DNA from: Escherichia coli
GTDB lineage: Bacteria; Pseudomonadota; Gammaproteobacteria; Enterobacterales; Enterobacteriaceae
Assembly (NCBI RefSeq): GCF_003991155.1
Contig: NZ_CP031293.1
Reading direction: 5' to 3' (one strand)
DNA: 64,000 nt
The position numbers and the translations under genes are program-made. The first letter of the stretch is position 1. Each line of letters starts with the position of its first letter. This document shows, one piece after another, positions 22,479-31,499 of this stretch. Under the pieces are notes generated by a model. It saw nothing but the letters and a program-made list of their open reading frames with translations. It made no database searches and was not told where the DNA came from.

Positions 22479-23018
22479 TCATATTGCCCCCAGCATGGTG
22501 GTGACCATCGCCATCAGTGGACCAGCCAGATCTGGGTCCACACGAAACATCGACACAATACCTTCACTAATTTCCTTCAGTTTCTGGTGGCGTGGTGCGT
22601 TGAGAATGACAGCCTGTTTTGCCTCACTGAGTTCCTTTTCCATTTCAGCCAACCTAGCCATAAAGCTATCCTGCTCAACCAGGTAACCGCGATATTCCAG
22701 CGGTAGTACCGCCAGAATTGCCGGGGTCAGTTCACGCACGTTATTTCGGTATTTTTCAGAATCGAATTTGTTATCGAGGAAGCGGAACAGCTTCTGGCGT
22801 GCACGGCTGACATCATCAGGGAAATCGATGGTGCCGCCGCCCAGCTCCCGATACTCATTCACAATGAGTGCGGCAACAACATCCTGATTATCTGCAGCCG
22901 ACCAGGCGCGAACGGCATCACGGATTTTTTCGTGGCCTGGCGCCTGTTTTGTTTGAGAACGATTTATCACCGCAGTCGGGGTAAATCCGCTAGTCTGTTG
23001 GTATGTAATTGGTTGCAT
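22479..23018 (-). CDS. Protein in the cII position (179 aa; possibly CII/CP76-family regulator)
   Basis: ATG with AAGGA RBS; lies between cro and O; far longer than lambda cII and not matching it; family assignment is from memory only. Confidence 0.4.
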   Translation of the reverse strand: MQPITYQQTSGFTPTAVINRSQTKQAPGHEKIRDAVRAWSAADNQDVVAALIVNEYRELGGGTIDFPDDVSRARQKLFRFLDNKFDSEKYRNNVRELTPAILAVLPLEYRGYLVEQDSFMARLAEMEKELSEAKQAVILNAPRHQKLKEISEGIVSMFRVDPDLAGPLMAMVTTMLGAI

Positions 23019-23099
23019 AATTGATTCCTTTAGTTTGAATTGACTGTTAATCAGTCTGTTAAGTTGATTGCTTATTGTTAAAGAGCGTGAAATGGAAAT

Positions 23100-23330
23100 T
23101 TAAGCTGCGTTCTTTTCGGTGTGTGGAAACAACTTCGGAAGATCCGGGCGAATCTGGTATGCCTTCACAACTCCACCAGTAGCCGTAACAATGCTGCCGA
23201 CATGTTCAGGGGATACCTTTGCTTTGTTGTGAAGCCACTTATAGACGGCCTGCTGTGAAACTTCGCAGGCATCGCCCAGTTTCTTTTGTGAACCAACTAT
23301 ATTGATCGCTGTTTTGATTGCTGGGTTCAT
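23100..23330 (-). CDS. cro: Cro-like HTH repressor
   Basis: 76 aa, HTH-like segment (QKKLGDACEVSQQAVYKWL); divergent from cI across operator region; GGAGG RBS. Confidence 0.7.
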   Translation of the reverse strand: MNPAIKTAINIVGSQKKLGDACEVSQQAVYKWLHNKAKVSPEHVGSIVTATGGVVKAYQIRPDLPKLFPHTEKNAA

Positions 23331-23362
23331 AACAACCTCCGTGGTTAATCTGAACCAAGATT

Positions 23363-23425
23363 AAAACTATGGTTGTTTTTAGTCAACAACCATTTTCGTT
23401 TGATGGAATAAAACCTTGGTTGTAC
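23363..23425. promoter_or_regulatory. oR: oR operator/promoter region (pRM/pR) with three related sites
   Basis: 17-mer AAAACTATGGTTGTTTT (23363-23379), related sites near 23383-23399 and 23409-23425 (AAAACCTTGGTTGTACA); same motif recurs at oL. Confidence 0.6.
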
Positions 23426-23434
23426 ATTTGGTCT

Positions 23435-24124
23435 ATGAAAACAACACTCTCAGAAAGACTTAAAGAAGCCAGATCAGCGCGAGGCCTTACACAAAAGGCA
23501 CTTGGGGATTTGGTTGGGGTTAGCCAGGCTGCTATTCAGAAAATCGAAACAGGGAAAGCTAACCAAACAACTAAAATCGTGGAGATCGCGAACGCTTTGG
23601 GTGTGCGCGCAGAATGGTTATCTTCTGGCATTGGAAATATGTCAGACAGTACAGTGCAACCAATACAATCAACTCTCAGCCATTCCAAATACTTCAAGAT
23701 TGACGTTCTTGATATAGAAGTCAGTGCTGGGCCGGGAGTCATCAACCGTGAGTTTGTAGAAGTTCTACGCTCGGTTGAGTACTCGTTTGACGATGCTCGT
23801 CACATGTTCGATGGTAGGAAAGCGGAAAATATCCGCATCATTAACGTGCGTGGTGACAGCATGTCAGGAACGATCGAACCAGGTGATCTGCTGTTCGTTG
23901 ATATCACTGTTAAATCTTTCGACGGTGATGGTATCTATGCGTTTCTGTACGACGACACAGCCCATGTAAAGCGCCTGCAAATGATGAAGGATAAGCTGCT
24001 GGTCATCTCTGATAACAAAAGCTACTCACCGTGGGACCCGATCGAGAAAGACGAGATGAACCGGGTGTTCATCTTCGGTAAGGTTATTGGGAGCATGCCG
24101 CAGACGTACAGGAAACACGGATAA
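23435..24124 (+). CDS. cI: CI repressor (HTH + LexA-like S24 peptidase domain)
   Basis: Track ORF 23369..24124; likely start MKTTLSERLKEARSARGLTQKALG at 23435 with no SD (leaderless, as for lambda cI from pRM); C-terminal serine-protease-type region (GDSM...K). Confidence 0.88.
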   Translation: MKTTLSERLKEARSARGLTQKALGDLVGVSQAAIQKIETGKANQTTKIVEIANALGVRAEWLSSGIGNMSDSTVQPIQSTLSHSKYFKIDVLDIEVSAGPGVINREFVEVLRSVEYSFDDARHMFDGRKAENIRIINVRGDSMSGTIEPGDLLFVDITVKSFDGDGIYAFLYDDTAHVKRLQMMKDKLLVISDNKSYSPWDPIEKDEMNRVFIFGKVIGSMPQTYRKHG

Positions 24125-24204
24125 TCAGCTGCGTGCTGATGAGGCTTTAGGGTAATGCGCTGAAAGAATTCTTTATAAAAATAACATTACGGGAAAGGCA
24201 AAAA

Positions 24205-24474
24205 ATGAGTGATAAAAAACTTATTAAAAAATCAAATAACTGTGTAGATGCATATGCTGATGCATTTGGATATTCATCTTTTGGGGAAGATGACGATCGC
24301 TTAGGCTCCATATCTTTCTTTCAGCATGTTACAGAATGGGACGCTGATGGTAGTAATGACACTGAAAGCGTAAAGTACAACATTGCAACAATTCGCATGA
24401 CGGAAGATTTAATGCTTAAACTCGCTGACTTTATTCGCGATCAGCATGATAGAGCTAAAACCAATAAGTCATAA
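24205..24474 (+). CDS. Hypothetical acidic protein (89 aa) in the rexA position downstream of cI
   Basis: AT-rich ORF, same strand as cI, 80 nt after cI stop. Confidence 0.55.
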   Translation: MSDKKLIKKSNNCVDAYADAFGYSSFGEDDDRLGSISFFQHVTEWDADGSNDTESVKYNIATIRMTEDLMLKLADFIRDQHDRAKTNKS

Positions 24475-24482
24475 TATTAACA

Positions 24483-24923
24483 ATGAAATACGGTTATTAC
24501 GAAGCTCCAAACCTAACTGAAAAGCTTGAACAAGCGGCAAGATCATCATCTTTGCACACCGCAGCATTTTCTCAATCAGCTGGTATGTCTGGCGATAATG
24601 TACCTATGCTACAATCAAGTGGTAGCGGTGGCTCTGGGAGTAATAATGTGCTTGAATCAAAAGTTGCAAAGCTTGAGTCTGATGTGTCCTACATCCGACG
24701 TGACGTTGATGAGCTTAAGACAGATGTCAAATCTATCGACAGAAACATGATCGCTGTTCTGGAGCGACTCGATTCAATAAAAGAGTCACTAGCCAAAAAA
24801 CCATCCATCGATGCTATCGATAAAAAGATTTCAGACGCAAAGCTTGCGGTATTGCTTGGTGTTCCAGCAATCATCGCTGCAGGAACAGGGCTTTATAAGC
24901 TATCAATGTACTTTTTTCTTTAG
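24483..24923 (+). CDS. Hypothetical coiled-coil protein with C-terminal transmembrane anchor (146 aa)
   Basis: Gly/Ser-rich linker, heptad-like region (LESKVAKLESDVSYIRRDVDELKTDVKSIDRNMIAVLERLDSIKESL), hydrophobic C-terminus LAVLLGVPAIIAAGTGLYKLSMYFFL. Confidence 0.55.
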   Translation: MKYGYYEAPNLTEKLEQAARSSSLHTAAFSQSAGMSGDNVPMLQSSGSGGSGSNNVLESKVAKLESDVSYIRRDVDELKTDVKSIDRNMIAVLERLDSIKESLAKKPSIDAIDKKISDAKLAVLLGVPAIIAAGTGLYKLSMYFFL

Positions 24924-25005
24924 TGCTTAAGAAACTGCTCGCCACCTCGCATTAGGCAAAGCGATTTTTCATTCCCTATTACCCTTTCTTAACCAATCAT
25001 CTAAA

Positions 25006-25032
25006 CCCGGCCCCGTGCCGGGTTTTCTTTTG
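25006..25032 (+). terminator. Rho-independent terminator ending the cI-downstream operon
   Basis: Stem CCCGGC (25006-25011) / GCCGGG (25017-25022), then TTTTCTTTTG. Confidence 0.65.
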
Positions 25033-25144
25033 CCCTCCCCTCATCACACACACCGTTAAAAAAACCACCATAACCTCGCTTCAGTTATCGCTATGCGATT
25101 CAAGTCACAAAATAAATCCATCCTAAATACAACCAGTTATATCT

Positions 25145-25197
25145 AAAACAACCAATAAAACAACTTTTGTTGTTGACGATAAAACAACTATAGTTTT
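25145..25197. promoter_or_regulatory. oL: oL operator/promoter region (pL)
   Basis: AAAACAACTATAGTTTT (25181-25197) differs at one position from the reverse complement of the oR 17-mer; related sites at 25145-25161 and 25157-25174; TTGACG -35-like hexamer at 25172-25177. Confidence 0.55.
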
Positions 25198-25395
25198 AAA
25201 TAAGTTCATCGCAACAACACAACGATACGGCAACCACCTGATTCACCGTTGCGATGACCGCTTAGATCCGCAGCTTGAATTTCAGCAGGCTCCGGGGAGT
25301 GCGAGGGGTGAAGCGGACGCGTGAACGTCGGTGTGACCAGCTGAAATCAACTCAACACTTCATACCTCAGTCGCTTCAACGAGGCGGCTTAGTTA

Positions 25396-25685
25396 TGACA
25401 ACCGGCGGCCATCCACCGCCTGAATACGCGCAGAAGTCTCTATATGTTCAGCAGCCCAGCTTACGGGCAGGAGTTTTTATGGTTCATCAACATTACGGTA
25501 CGCAGACCGTTAATCGCGGTGCGGTCATGCCAGGAATGCTGGTCAAACACAAAGATGGTACCTGGACTGCATCGGCTAATTTACGCGGACGGCTTTATCT
25601 GCATCGCGGCGTCGAGCGCACTTATACCCGTGACTTGCTCGTGGAAATTTTTCTCGACGGACGCGGCAACGGCCTGAATCACTAA
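25396..25685 (+). CDS. Hypothetical early-left protein (N/kil/cIII position); function unknown
   Basis: Track ORF 25275..25685 starts at TTG; first ATG with GAGG RBS at 25396 ([20 protein letters not shown]...); no match to recalled lambda N, kil or cIII. Confidence 0.35.
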
Positions 25686-25760
25686 TCCCCTTTCCTGTTT
25701 TCCTAATCAGCCTGGCATTTCGCGGGCGATATTTTCACAGCCATTTTCAGGAGTTCAGCC

Positions 25761-26057
25761 ATGAACGCTTATTACATTCAGGATCGTCTTGAGGCTCAGA
25801 GCTGGGCACGTCACTACCAGCAGATCGCCCGTGAAGAGAAAGAGGCAGAACTGGCAGACGACATGGAAAAAGGCCTGCCCCAGCACCTGTTTGAATCGCT
25901 ATGCATCGATCATTTGCAACGCCACGGGGCCAGCAAAAAAGCCATTACCCGTGCGTTTGATGACGATGTTGAGTTTCAGGAGCGCATGGCAGAACACATC
26001 CGGTACATGGTTGAAACCATTGCTCACCACCAGGTTGATATTGATTCAGAGGTATAA
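25761..26057 (+). CDS. gam: Gam (RecBCD inhibitor), short form
   Basis: 98 aa, matches recalled lambda GamS ([21 protein letters not shown]...). Confidence 0.9.
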   Translation: MNAYYIQDRLEAQSWARHYQQIAREEKEAELADDMEKGLPQHLFESLCIDHLQRHGASKKAITRAFDDDVEFQERMAEHIRYMVETIAHHQVDIDSEV

Positions 26058-26062
26058 AACGG

Positions 26063-26848
26063 ATGAGTACAGCACTCGCAACGCTGGCTGGGAAGCTGGC
26101 TGAACGTGTCGGCATGGATTCAGTCGACCCACAGGAACTGATCACCACTCTTCGCCAGACGGCATTTAAAGGTGATGCCAGCGATGCGCAGTTCATCGCA
26201 TTGTTGATCGTCGCCAACCAGTACGGCCTTAATCCGTGGACGAAAGAAATTTACGCCTTCCCTGATAAGCAGAACGGCATCGTTCCGGTGGTGGGCGTTG
26301 ATGGCTGGTCCCGCATCATCAATGAAAACCAGCAGTTTGATGGCATGGACTTTGAGCAGGACAACGAATCCTGTACATGCCGAATTTACCGCAAGGACCG
26401 TAATCATCCGATCTGCGTTACCGAGTGGATGGATGAATGCCGCCGCGAACCATTCAAAACCCGCGAAGGCAGAGAAATCACGGGGCCGTGGCAGTCGCAT
26501 CCCAAACGGATGTTACGGCATAAAGCCATGATTCAGTGTGCCCGTCTGGCCTTCGGATTTGCTGGTATCTATGACAAGGATGAAGCCGAGCGCATTGTCG
26601 AAAATACCGCATACACTGCAGAACATCAGCCGGAACGCGACATCACTCCGGTTAACGATGAAACCATGCAGGAGATTAACACTCTGCTGATCGCCCTGGA
26701 TAAAACATGGGATGACGACTTATTGCCGCTCTGTTCCCAGATATTTCGCCGCGACATTCGCGCATCGTCAGAACTGACACAGGCCGAAGCAGTGAAAGCT
26801 CTTGGATTCCTGAAACAGAAAGCCACTGAGCAGAAGGTGGCAGCATGA
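26063..26848 (+). CDS. bet: Bet (Red-beta single-strand annealing protein)
   Basis: 261 aa, same length and sequence type as lambda Bet. Confidence 0.93.
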   Translation: MSTALATLAGKLAERVGMDSVDPQELITTLRQTAFKGDASDAQFIALLIVANQYGLNPWTKEIYAFPDKQNGIVPVVGVDGWSRIINENQQFDGMDFEQDNESCTCRIYRKDRNHPICVTEWMDECRREPFKTREGREITGPWQSHPKRMLRHKAMIQCARLAFGFAGIYDKDEAERIVENTAYTAEHQPERDITPVNDETMQEINTLLIALDKTWDDDLLPLCSQIFRRDIRASSELTQAEAVKALGFLKQKATEQKVAA

Positions 26849-27525
26849 CACCGGACATTATCCTGCAGCGTACCGGGATCGACGTGAGAGCTGTCGAACA
26901 GGGGGATGATGCATGGCACAAATTACGGCTCGGCGTCATCACCGCTTCAGAAGTTCACAACGTGATAGCAAAGCCCCGCTCAGGAAAGAAGTGGCCTGAC
27001 ATGAAAATGTCCTACTTCCACACCCTGCTGGCTGAGGTTTGCACCGGTGTGGCTCCGGAAGTTAATGCTAAGGCGCTGGCATGGGGAAAACAGTACGAGA
27101 ACGACGCCAGAACTCTGTTTGAATTCACTTCCGGCGTGAATGTTACTGAATCCCCGATCATCTATCGCGACGAAAGTATGCGCACCGCCTGCTCTCCCGA
27201 TGGTTTATGCAGTGACGGCAATGGCCTTGAGCTGAAATGCCCGTTTACCTCCCGGGATTTCATGAAGTTCCGGCTCGGTGGTTTCGAGGCCATAAAATCG
27301 GCTTACATGGCCCAGGTGCAGTACAGCATGTGGGTGACGCGAAAAGATGCCTGGTACTTTTCCAACTATGACCCGCGTATGAAGCGTGAAGGCCTGCATT
27401 ATGTCGTGGTTGAGCGGGATGAAAAGTACATGGCGAGTTTTGACGAGATGGTGCCGGAGTTCATCGAAAAAATGGACGAGGCACTGGCTGAAATTGGTTT
27501 TGTATTTGGGGAGCAATGGCGATGA
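26845..27525 (+). CDS. exo: Exo (lambda exonuclease, Red-alpha)
   Basis: 226 aa, matches recalled lambda Exo ([30 protein letters not shown]...). Confidence 0.93.
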   Translation: MTPDIILQRTGIDVRAVEQGDDAWHKLRLGVITASEVHNVIAKPRSGKKWPDMKMSYFHTLLAEVCTGVAPEVNAKALAWGKQYENDARTLFEFTSGVNVTESPIIYRDESMRTACSPDGLCSDGNGLELKCPFTSRDFMKFRLGGFEAIKSAYMAQVQYSMWVTRKDAWYFSNYDPRMKREGLHYVVVERDEKYMASFDEMVPEFIEKMDEALAEIGFVFGEQWR

Positions 27526-27676
27526 CGCATCCTCACGATAATATCCGGGTAGGCGCGATCACTTTCGTCTACTCCATTACAAAGCGAGGCTGGGTATTTC
27601 CCGGCCTTTCTGTTATCAGAAATCCACTGAAAGCACAGCGGCTGGCTGAGGAGATAAATAATAAACGGGGGGCTGT

Positions 27677-28234
27677 ATGACTGATTTCACCGGAAGCAAT
27701 ACTCCTGCCGAACATCGCGACAGCTGGCGCACACCACCAGAGATTTTTGCTGCGCTTAATGCAGAGTTCGTTTTTCAACTTGATGCTGCAGCCAGCGAAA
27801 AAAACCGACTATGTCGGCTTTTTATCTCACAGGAGCAGAACACATTAACCACTTCATGGCCTGAAGCAATGGGATATGCCTCTGGTTATGTCTGGTTGAA
27901 TCCACCATACAGCAATATTTCCCCTTTTGTGAAAAAGGCAGCCACTGAAAACAAATTCAGTAGTGTGGGATGTGTAATGTTATTGCCTGCTGACACATCT
28001 GTCGGATGGTTTCATGAAGCGATACAAACCGCCAGTGAGGTCAGATTCATCACGGCAGGACGACTGGCATTTATTAACCCACTCACCGGGAAACCCGTCA
28101 GTGGAAATAATAAAGGCTCGATGCTCATTATCTGGCACCCATACCCCCGTACACACTGCCACTTTACGACCGTTGATCGTGGAGAGTTGATGGCGTTCGG
28201 CTCAAGGATTCTTGCCCGTCGGGAGGCTGCATGA
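27677..28234 (+). CDS. Phage DNA N6-adenine methyltransferase (Dam-like)
   Basis: 185 aa; NPPY motif (WLNPPYSN) and upstream FQLDAAAS motif; no adjacent restriction endonuclease gene seen. Confidence 0.8.
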   Translation: MTDFTGSNTPAEHRDSWRTPPEIFAALNAEFVFQLDAAASEKNRLCRLFISQEQNTLTTSWPEAMGYASGYVWLNPPYSNISPFVKKAATENKFSSVGCVMLLPADTSVGWFHEAIQTASEVRFITAGRLAFINPLTGKPVSGNNKGSMLIIWHPYPRTHCHFTTVDRGELMAFGSRILARREAA

Positions 28235-28310
28235 CAACCACGGAATGCATTTTTCTGGCAGCGGGCTTCATATTCTGTGTGCTTATGCTTGCCGACATGG
28301 GACTTGTTCA

Positions 28311-28526
28311 ATGACACCTCAGCAGGAAAACGCCCTTCGCAGCATTGCCCGTCAGGCTAATTCTGAAATCAAAAAAGCCAGACAGCAGTTTCCGGATAAA
28401 AACGTCGATGACATTTGCCGTAGCGTACTGAAGAAGCACCGCGAAACGGTAACGCTGATGGGATTCACACCGACTCATTTAAGCCTGGCGATCGGCATGT
28501 TAAACGGCGTCTTTAAGGAGCGATGA
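28311..28526 (+). CDS. Hypothetical protein (71 aa)
   Basis: Track ORF 28212..28526; plausible start MTPQQENALRSIARQ at 28311, coupled to an upstream 27-codon hydrophobic micro-ORF. Confidence 0.35.
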   Translation: MTPQQENALRSIARQANSEIKKARQQFPDKNVDDICRSVLKKHRETVTLMGFTPTHLSLAIGMLNGVFKER

Positions 28527-28624
28527 ACATGAAAAGCAAAATCATCAGGGAGCTACAGGCTCCTTTTTTATTGTTCGCATTCATCCTCAAGCGTATTAAC
28601 CAACAATTCAGGGATTAATGGAAG

Positions 28625-28843
28625 ATGGCAGACATCATTGATTCAGCATCAGAAATCGAAGAATTACAGCGCAATACAGCAATAAAAATGCGTCGTCTGA
28701 ACTACCAGACTGTATCCGCAACTCATTGTTGTGAGTGTGGCGATCCGATAGATGAGCGAAGACGCCTGGCTGTTCAGGGTTGTCGGACTTGTGCAAGTTG
28801 CCAGGAGGAGATCGAACTTAAGAACAAACAATGGGGACTGTGA
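28625..28843 (+). CDS. TraR/DksA-family C4 zinc-finger protein
   Basis: 72 aa; C-terminal CxxC...CxxC (CECGDPIDERRRLAVQGCRTCASCQ). Confidence 0.75.
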   Translation: MADIIDSASEIEELQRNTAIKMRRLNYQTVSATHCCECGDPIDERRRLAVQGCRTCASCQEEIELKNKQWGL

Positions 28844-28890
28844 TGGCCTCAAAGCAGCAAATTTCAACATCGTCCAACTGAGGTGTAAAA

Positions 28891-29169
28891 ATGTTCAGAA
28901 TCATTTTTCCTAACACCTGGTACGTCGACCACCACGGCACTCCCTGCAAAATCCTGCGTTCTACCCACAACAAAGTTCACTACATCCGAAAAGGCAGAAC
29001 ATGTATCGCCAGCATGTTCCGCTTTAATCATGACTTTGAACCTGTGAATAAAGCTGATGCAGATCGGATAGCAGAAGAGATCGAAACGGCAGAACACATT
29101 AAGAAGTTACGTGACATGCGTTCAAAAAGCAGAGGTAACCATGGAATCATACAGCCTCACACTCGATGA
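28891..29169 (+). CDS. Hypothetical protein (92 aa)
   Basis: ORF in the early-left region upstream of xis; no family recognised. Confidence 0.4.
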   Translation: MFRIIFPNTWYVDHHGTPCKILRSTHNKVHYIRKGRTCIASMFRFNHDFEPVNKADADRIAEEIETAEHIKKLRDMRSKSRGNHGIIQPHTR

Positions 29170-29512
29170 GGCCTGTCAGTTTCTTAAGATATCCAGACCA
29201 ACCGCCACCAACTGGATACGAACAGGCCGCCTACAGGCAACACGTAAAGATCCAACCAAGCCAAAATCTCCTTACCTCACAACACGGCAAGCCTGCATTG
29301 CGGCGCTTCAGTCTCCGCTGCATACTGTCCAGGTGAGCGCGGGTGATGGCATAACAGAGGAAAGAAAATGTCACTCTTCCGCAGAAATGAAATATGGTAT
29401 GCCTCGTATTCGCTCCCGGGCGGGAAACGAATTAAGGAATCTCTTGGCACAAAGGACAAGCGGCAAGCTCAGGAGTTGCACGACAAGCGAAAAGCAGAAC
29501 TCTGGCGAGTAG
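29141..29512 (+). CDS. xis: Putative excisionase (HTH, AlpA/Xis-like); 3' end uncertain
   Basis: Met at 29141 in frame of track ORF 29111..29512; HTH-like segment [26 protein letters not shown]; directly upstream of and overlapping int. Confidence 0.45.
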   Translation: MESYSLTLDEACQFLKISRPTATNWIRTGRLQATRKDPTKPKSPYLTTRQACIAALQSPLHTVQVSAGDGITEERKCHSSAEMKYGMPRIRSRAGNELRNLLAQRTSGKLRSCTTSEKQNSGE

Positions 29513-30531
29513 AAAAGCTAGGGGATTTACCTGATGTCACTTTTGAAGAGGCCTGCCTAAGATGGCTTGAGGAAAAAGCTGATAAAAAATCTCTCGATTC
29601 AGATAAAAGCCGGATTGAGTTCTGGCTTGAACATTTTGAGGGTATAAGGCTTAAAGATATCTCGGAGGCAAAGATTTACTCTGCTGTAAGCAGAATGCAT
29701 AACAGAAAGACGAAAGAAATATGGAAACAGAAAGTTCAGGCCGCCATCAGGAAAGGTAAAGAACTGCCTGTTTATGAACCAAAGCCAGTATCAACTCAGA
29801 CAAAGGCAAAGCATCTTGCCATGATAAAGGCCATTCTCCGTGCTGCAGAACGCGACTGGAAGTGGCTGGAAAAAGCGCCTGTCATCAAGATACCAGCGGT
29901 CAGAAACAAGCGAGTCAGATGGCTGGAAAAGGAGGAAGCAAAACGCCTTATTGATGAGTGCCCCGAACCACTGAAATCTGTCGTCAAGTTTGCGCTGGCA
30001 ACTGGTCTGAGAAAGTCGAACATCATAAATCTGGAATGGCAACAAATCGACATGCAGCGACGAGTTGCCTGGGTGAATCCAGAAGAGAGCAAATCAAACC
30101 GCGCCATTGGTGTGGCGCTGAACGATACCGCCTGTAAAGTGTTGCGTGATCAAATAGGCAAGCATCGCAAATGGGTGTTTGTACATACCAAGGCGGCTAA
30201 GCGAGCAGATGGAACATCAACGCCTGCGGTCAGGAAGATGCGCATCGACAGCAAGACATCATGGCTATCAGCTTGTCGTCGTGCAGGAATTGAAGATTTC
30301 CGTTTCCATGACCTCAGACACACCTGGGCAAGCTGGCTGATTCAGTCAGGCGTCCCATTATCAGTGCTTCAGGAAATGGGCGGATGGGAGTCCATAGAAA
30401 TGGTTCGTAGGTATGCTCACCTTGCGCCTAATCATTTGACAGAGCATGCGAGGAAAATAGACGACATTTTTGGTGATAATGTCCCAAATATGTCCCACTC
30501 TGGAATTATGGAGGATATAAAGAAGGCGTAA
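29368..30531 (+). CDS. intD: Tyrosine integrase (DLP12 IntD-like)
   Basis: 387 aa; C-terminal catalytic region [15 protein letters not shown]...VRRYAHL; adjacent to tRNA-Arg. Confidence 0.93.
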   Translation: MSLFRRNEIWYASYSLPGGKRIKESLGTKDKRQAQELHDKRKAELWRVEKLGDLPDVTFEEACLRWLEEKADKKSLDSDKSRIEFWLEHFEGIRLKDISEAKIYSAVSRMHNRKTKEIWKQKVQAAIRKGKELPVYEPKPVSTQTKAKHLAMIKAILRAAERDWKWLEKAPVIKIPAVRNKRVRWLEKEEAKRLIDECPEPLKSVVKFALATGLRKSNIINLEWQQIDMQRRVAWVNPEESKSNRAIGVALNDTACKVLRDQIGKHRKWVFVHTKAAKRADGTSTPAVRKMRIDSKTSWLSACRRAGIEDFRFHDLRHTWASWLIQSGVPLSVLQEMGGWESIEMVRRYAHLAPNHLTEHARKIDDIFGDNVPNMSHSGIMEDIKKA

Positions 30532-30546
30532 CTGATTGAATTGTAA

Positions 30547-30623
30547 TGGCGCGCCCTGCAGGATTCGAACCTGCGGCCCACGACTTAGAAGGTCGTTGCT
30601 CTATCCAACTGAGCTAAGGGCGC
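30547..30623 (-). tRNA. argU: tRNA-Arg (anticodon UCU); 3' end carries the prophage att core
   Basis: Minus-strand sequence GCGCCCTTAGCTCAGTTGGATAGAGCAACGACCTTCTAAGTCGTGGGCCGCAGGTTCGAATCCTGCAGGGCGCGCCA; cloverleaf elements and CCA end visible. Confidence 0.93.
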
Positions 30624-30864
30624 GTTGATACCGCAATGCGGTGTAATCGCGTGAATTATACGGTCAACCCTTGCTGAGTCAATGGCTTTTGATCTGGTTG
30701 CTGAACAAGTGAACGACCGCGTCTGATTTTCTGATTTATTTCGTTATAGCGGCAAACAAACGCACACCGCTGCGCGTCTGAATCAAGAAAACCCGTATTT
30801 TCATGTATCAAGTACAATTTCCCGCCCTAACGGAAAATTGTCCGATCCAATGAGACTGGTAACT

Positions 30865-31497
30865 ATGAAACCAACGTCGGTGATCATTATGGATACTCAT
30901 CCTATCATCAGAATGTCTATTGAAGTTCTGTTGCAAAAAAACAATGAATTGCAAATTGTCCTGAAAACGGATGATTATCGCATAACCATCGATTATCTCC
31001 GAACCCGTCCTGTTGATTTAATCATTATGGATATAGACTTGCCCGGAACAGACGGTTTTACCTTCCTGAAAAGGATCAAACAAATCCAGAGTACAGTGAA
31101 AGTATTATTTTTATCATCGAAATCAGAATGCTTTTATGCTGGCAGAGCGATACAAGCTGGTGCTAACGGTTTTGTCAGTAAATGCAATGATCAGAATGAT
31201 ATTTTTCATGCCGTTCAGATGATCCTCTCCGGATACACTTTTTTTCCCAGCGAAACGCTCAACTATATAAAAAGCAATAAATGCAGTACGAATAGTTCAA
31301 CGGTCACGGTGCTATCTAATCGTGAAGTAACCATATTACGTTATCTGGTTAGCGGATTATCTAATAAAGAAATTGCCGATAAGTTATTACTTAGCAATAA
31401 AACAGTTAGTGCACATAAATCTAATATTTATGGCAAGCTAGGTTTGCATTCAATTGTAGAGCTTATCGACTACGCCAAATTATATGAATTAATATAA
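30865..31497 (+). CDS. fimZ: Fimbrial response regulator FimZ (LuxR-type)
   Basis: Track ORF 30838..31497; FimZ 210-aa sequence from MKPTSVIIMDTHPIIRMSIEVLL; receiver plus LuxR HTH. Confidence 0.9.
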   Translation: MKPTSVIIMDTHPIIRMSIEVLLQKNNELQIVLKTDDYRITIDYLRTRPVDLIIMDIDLPGTDGFTFLKRIKQIQSTVKVLFLSSKSECFYAGRAIQAGANGFVSKCNDQNDIFHAVQMILSGYTFFPSETLNYIKSNKCSTNSSTVTVLSNREVTILRYLVSGLSNKEIADKLLLSNKTVSAHKSNIYGKLGLHSIVELIDYAKLYELI

Positions 31498-31499
31498 TA

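Noticed and set aside
25275-25395. Arginine-rich N-terminal extension (SRLRGVRGVKRTRERR) that could be an N-protein ARM
   Set aside because: Depends on a TTG start with no clear RBS and overlaps the leader inverted repeat; the first ATG with a good RBS is at 25396. Left as a possibility, not called.
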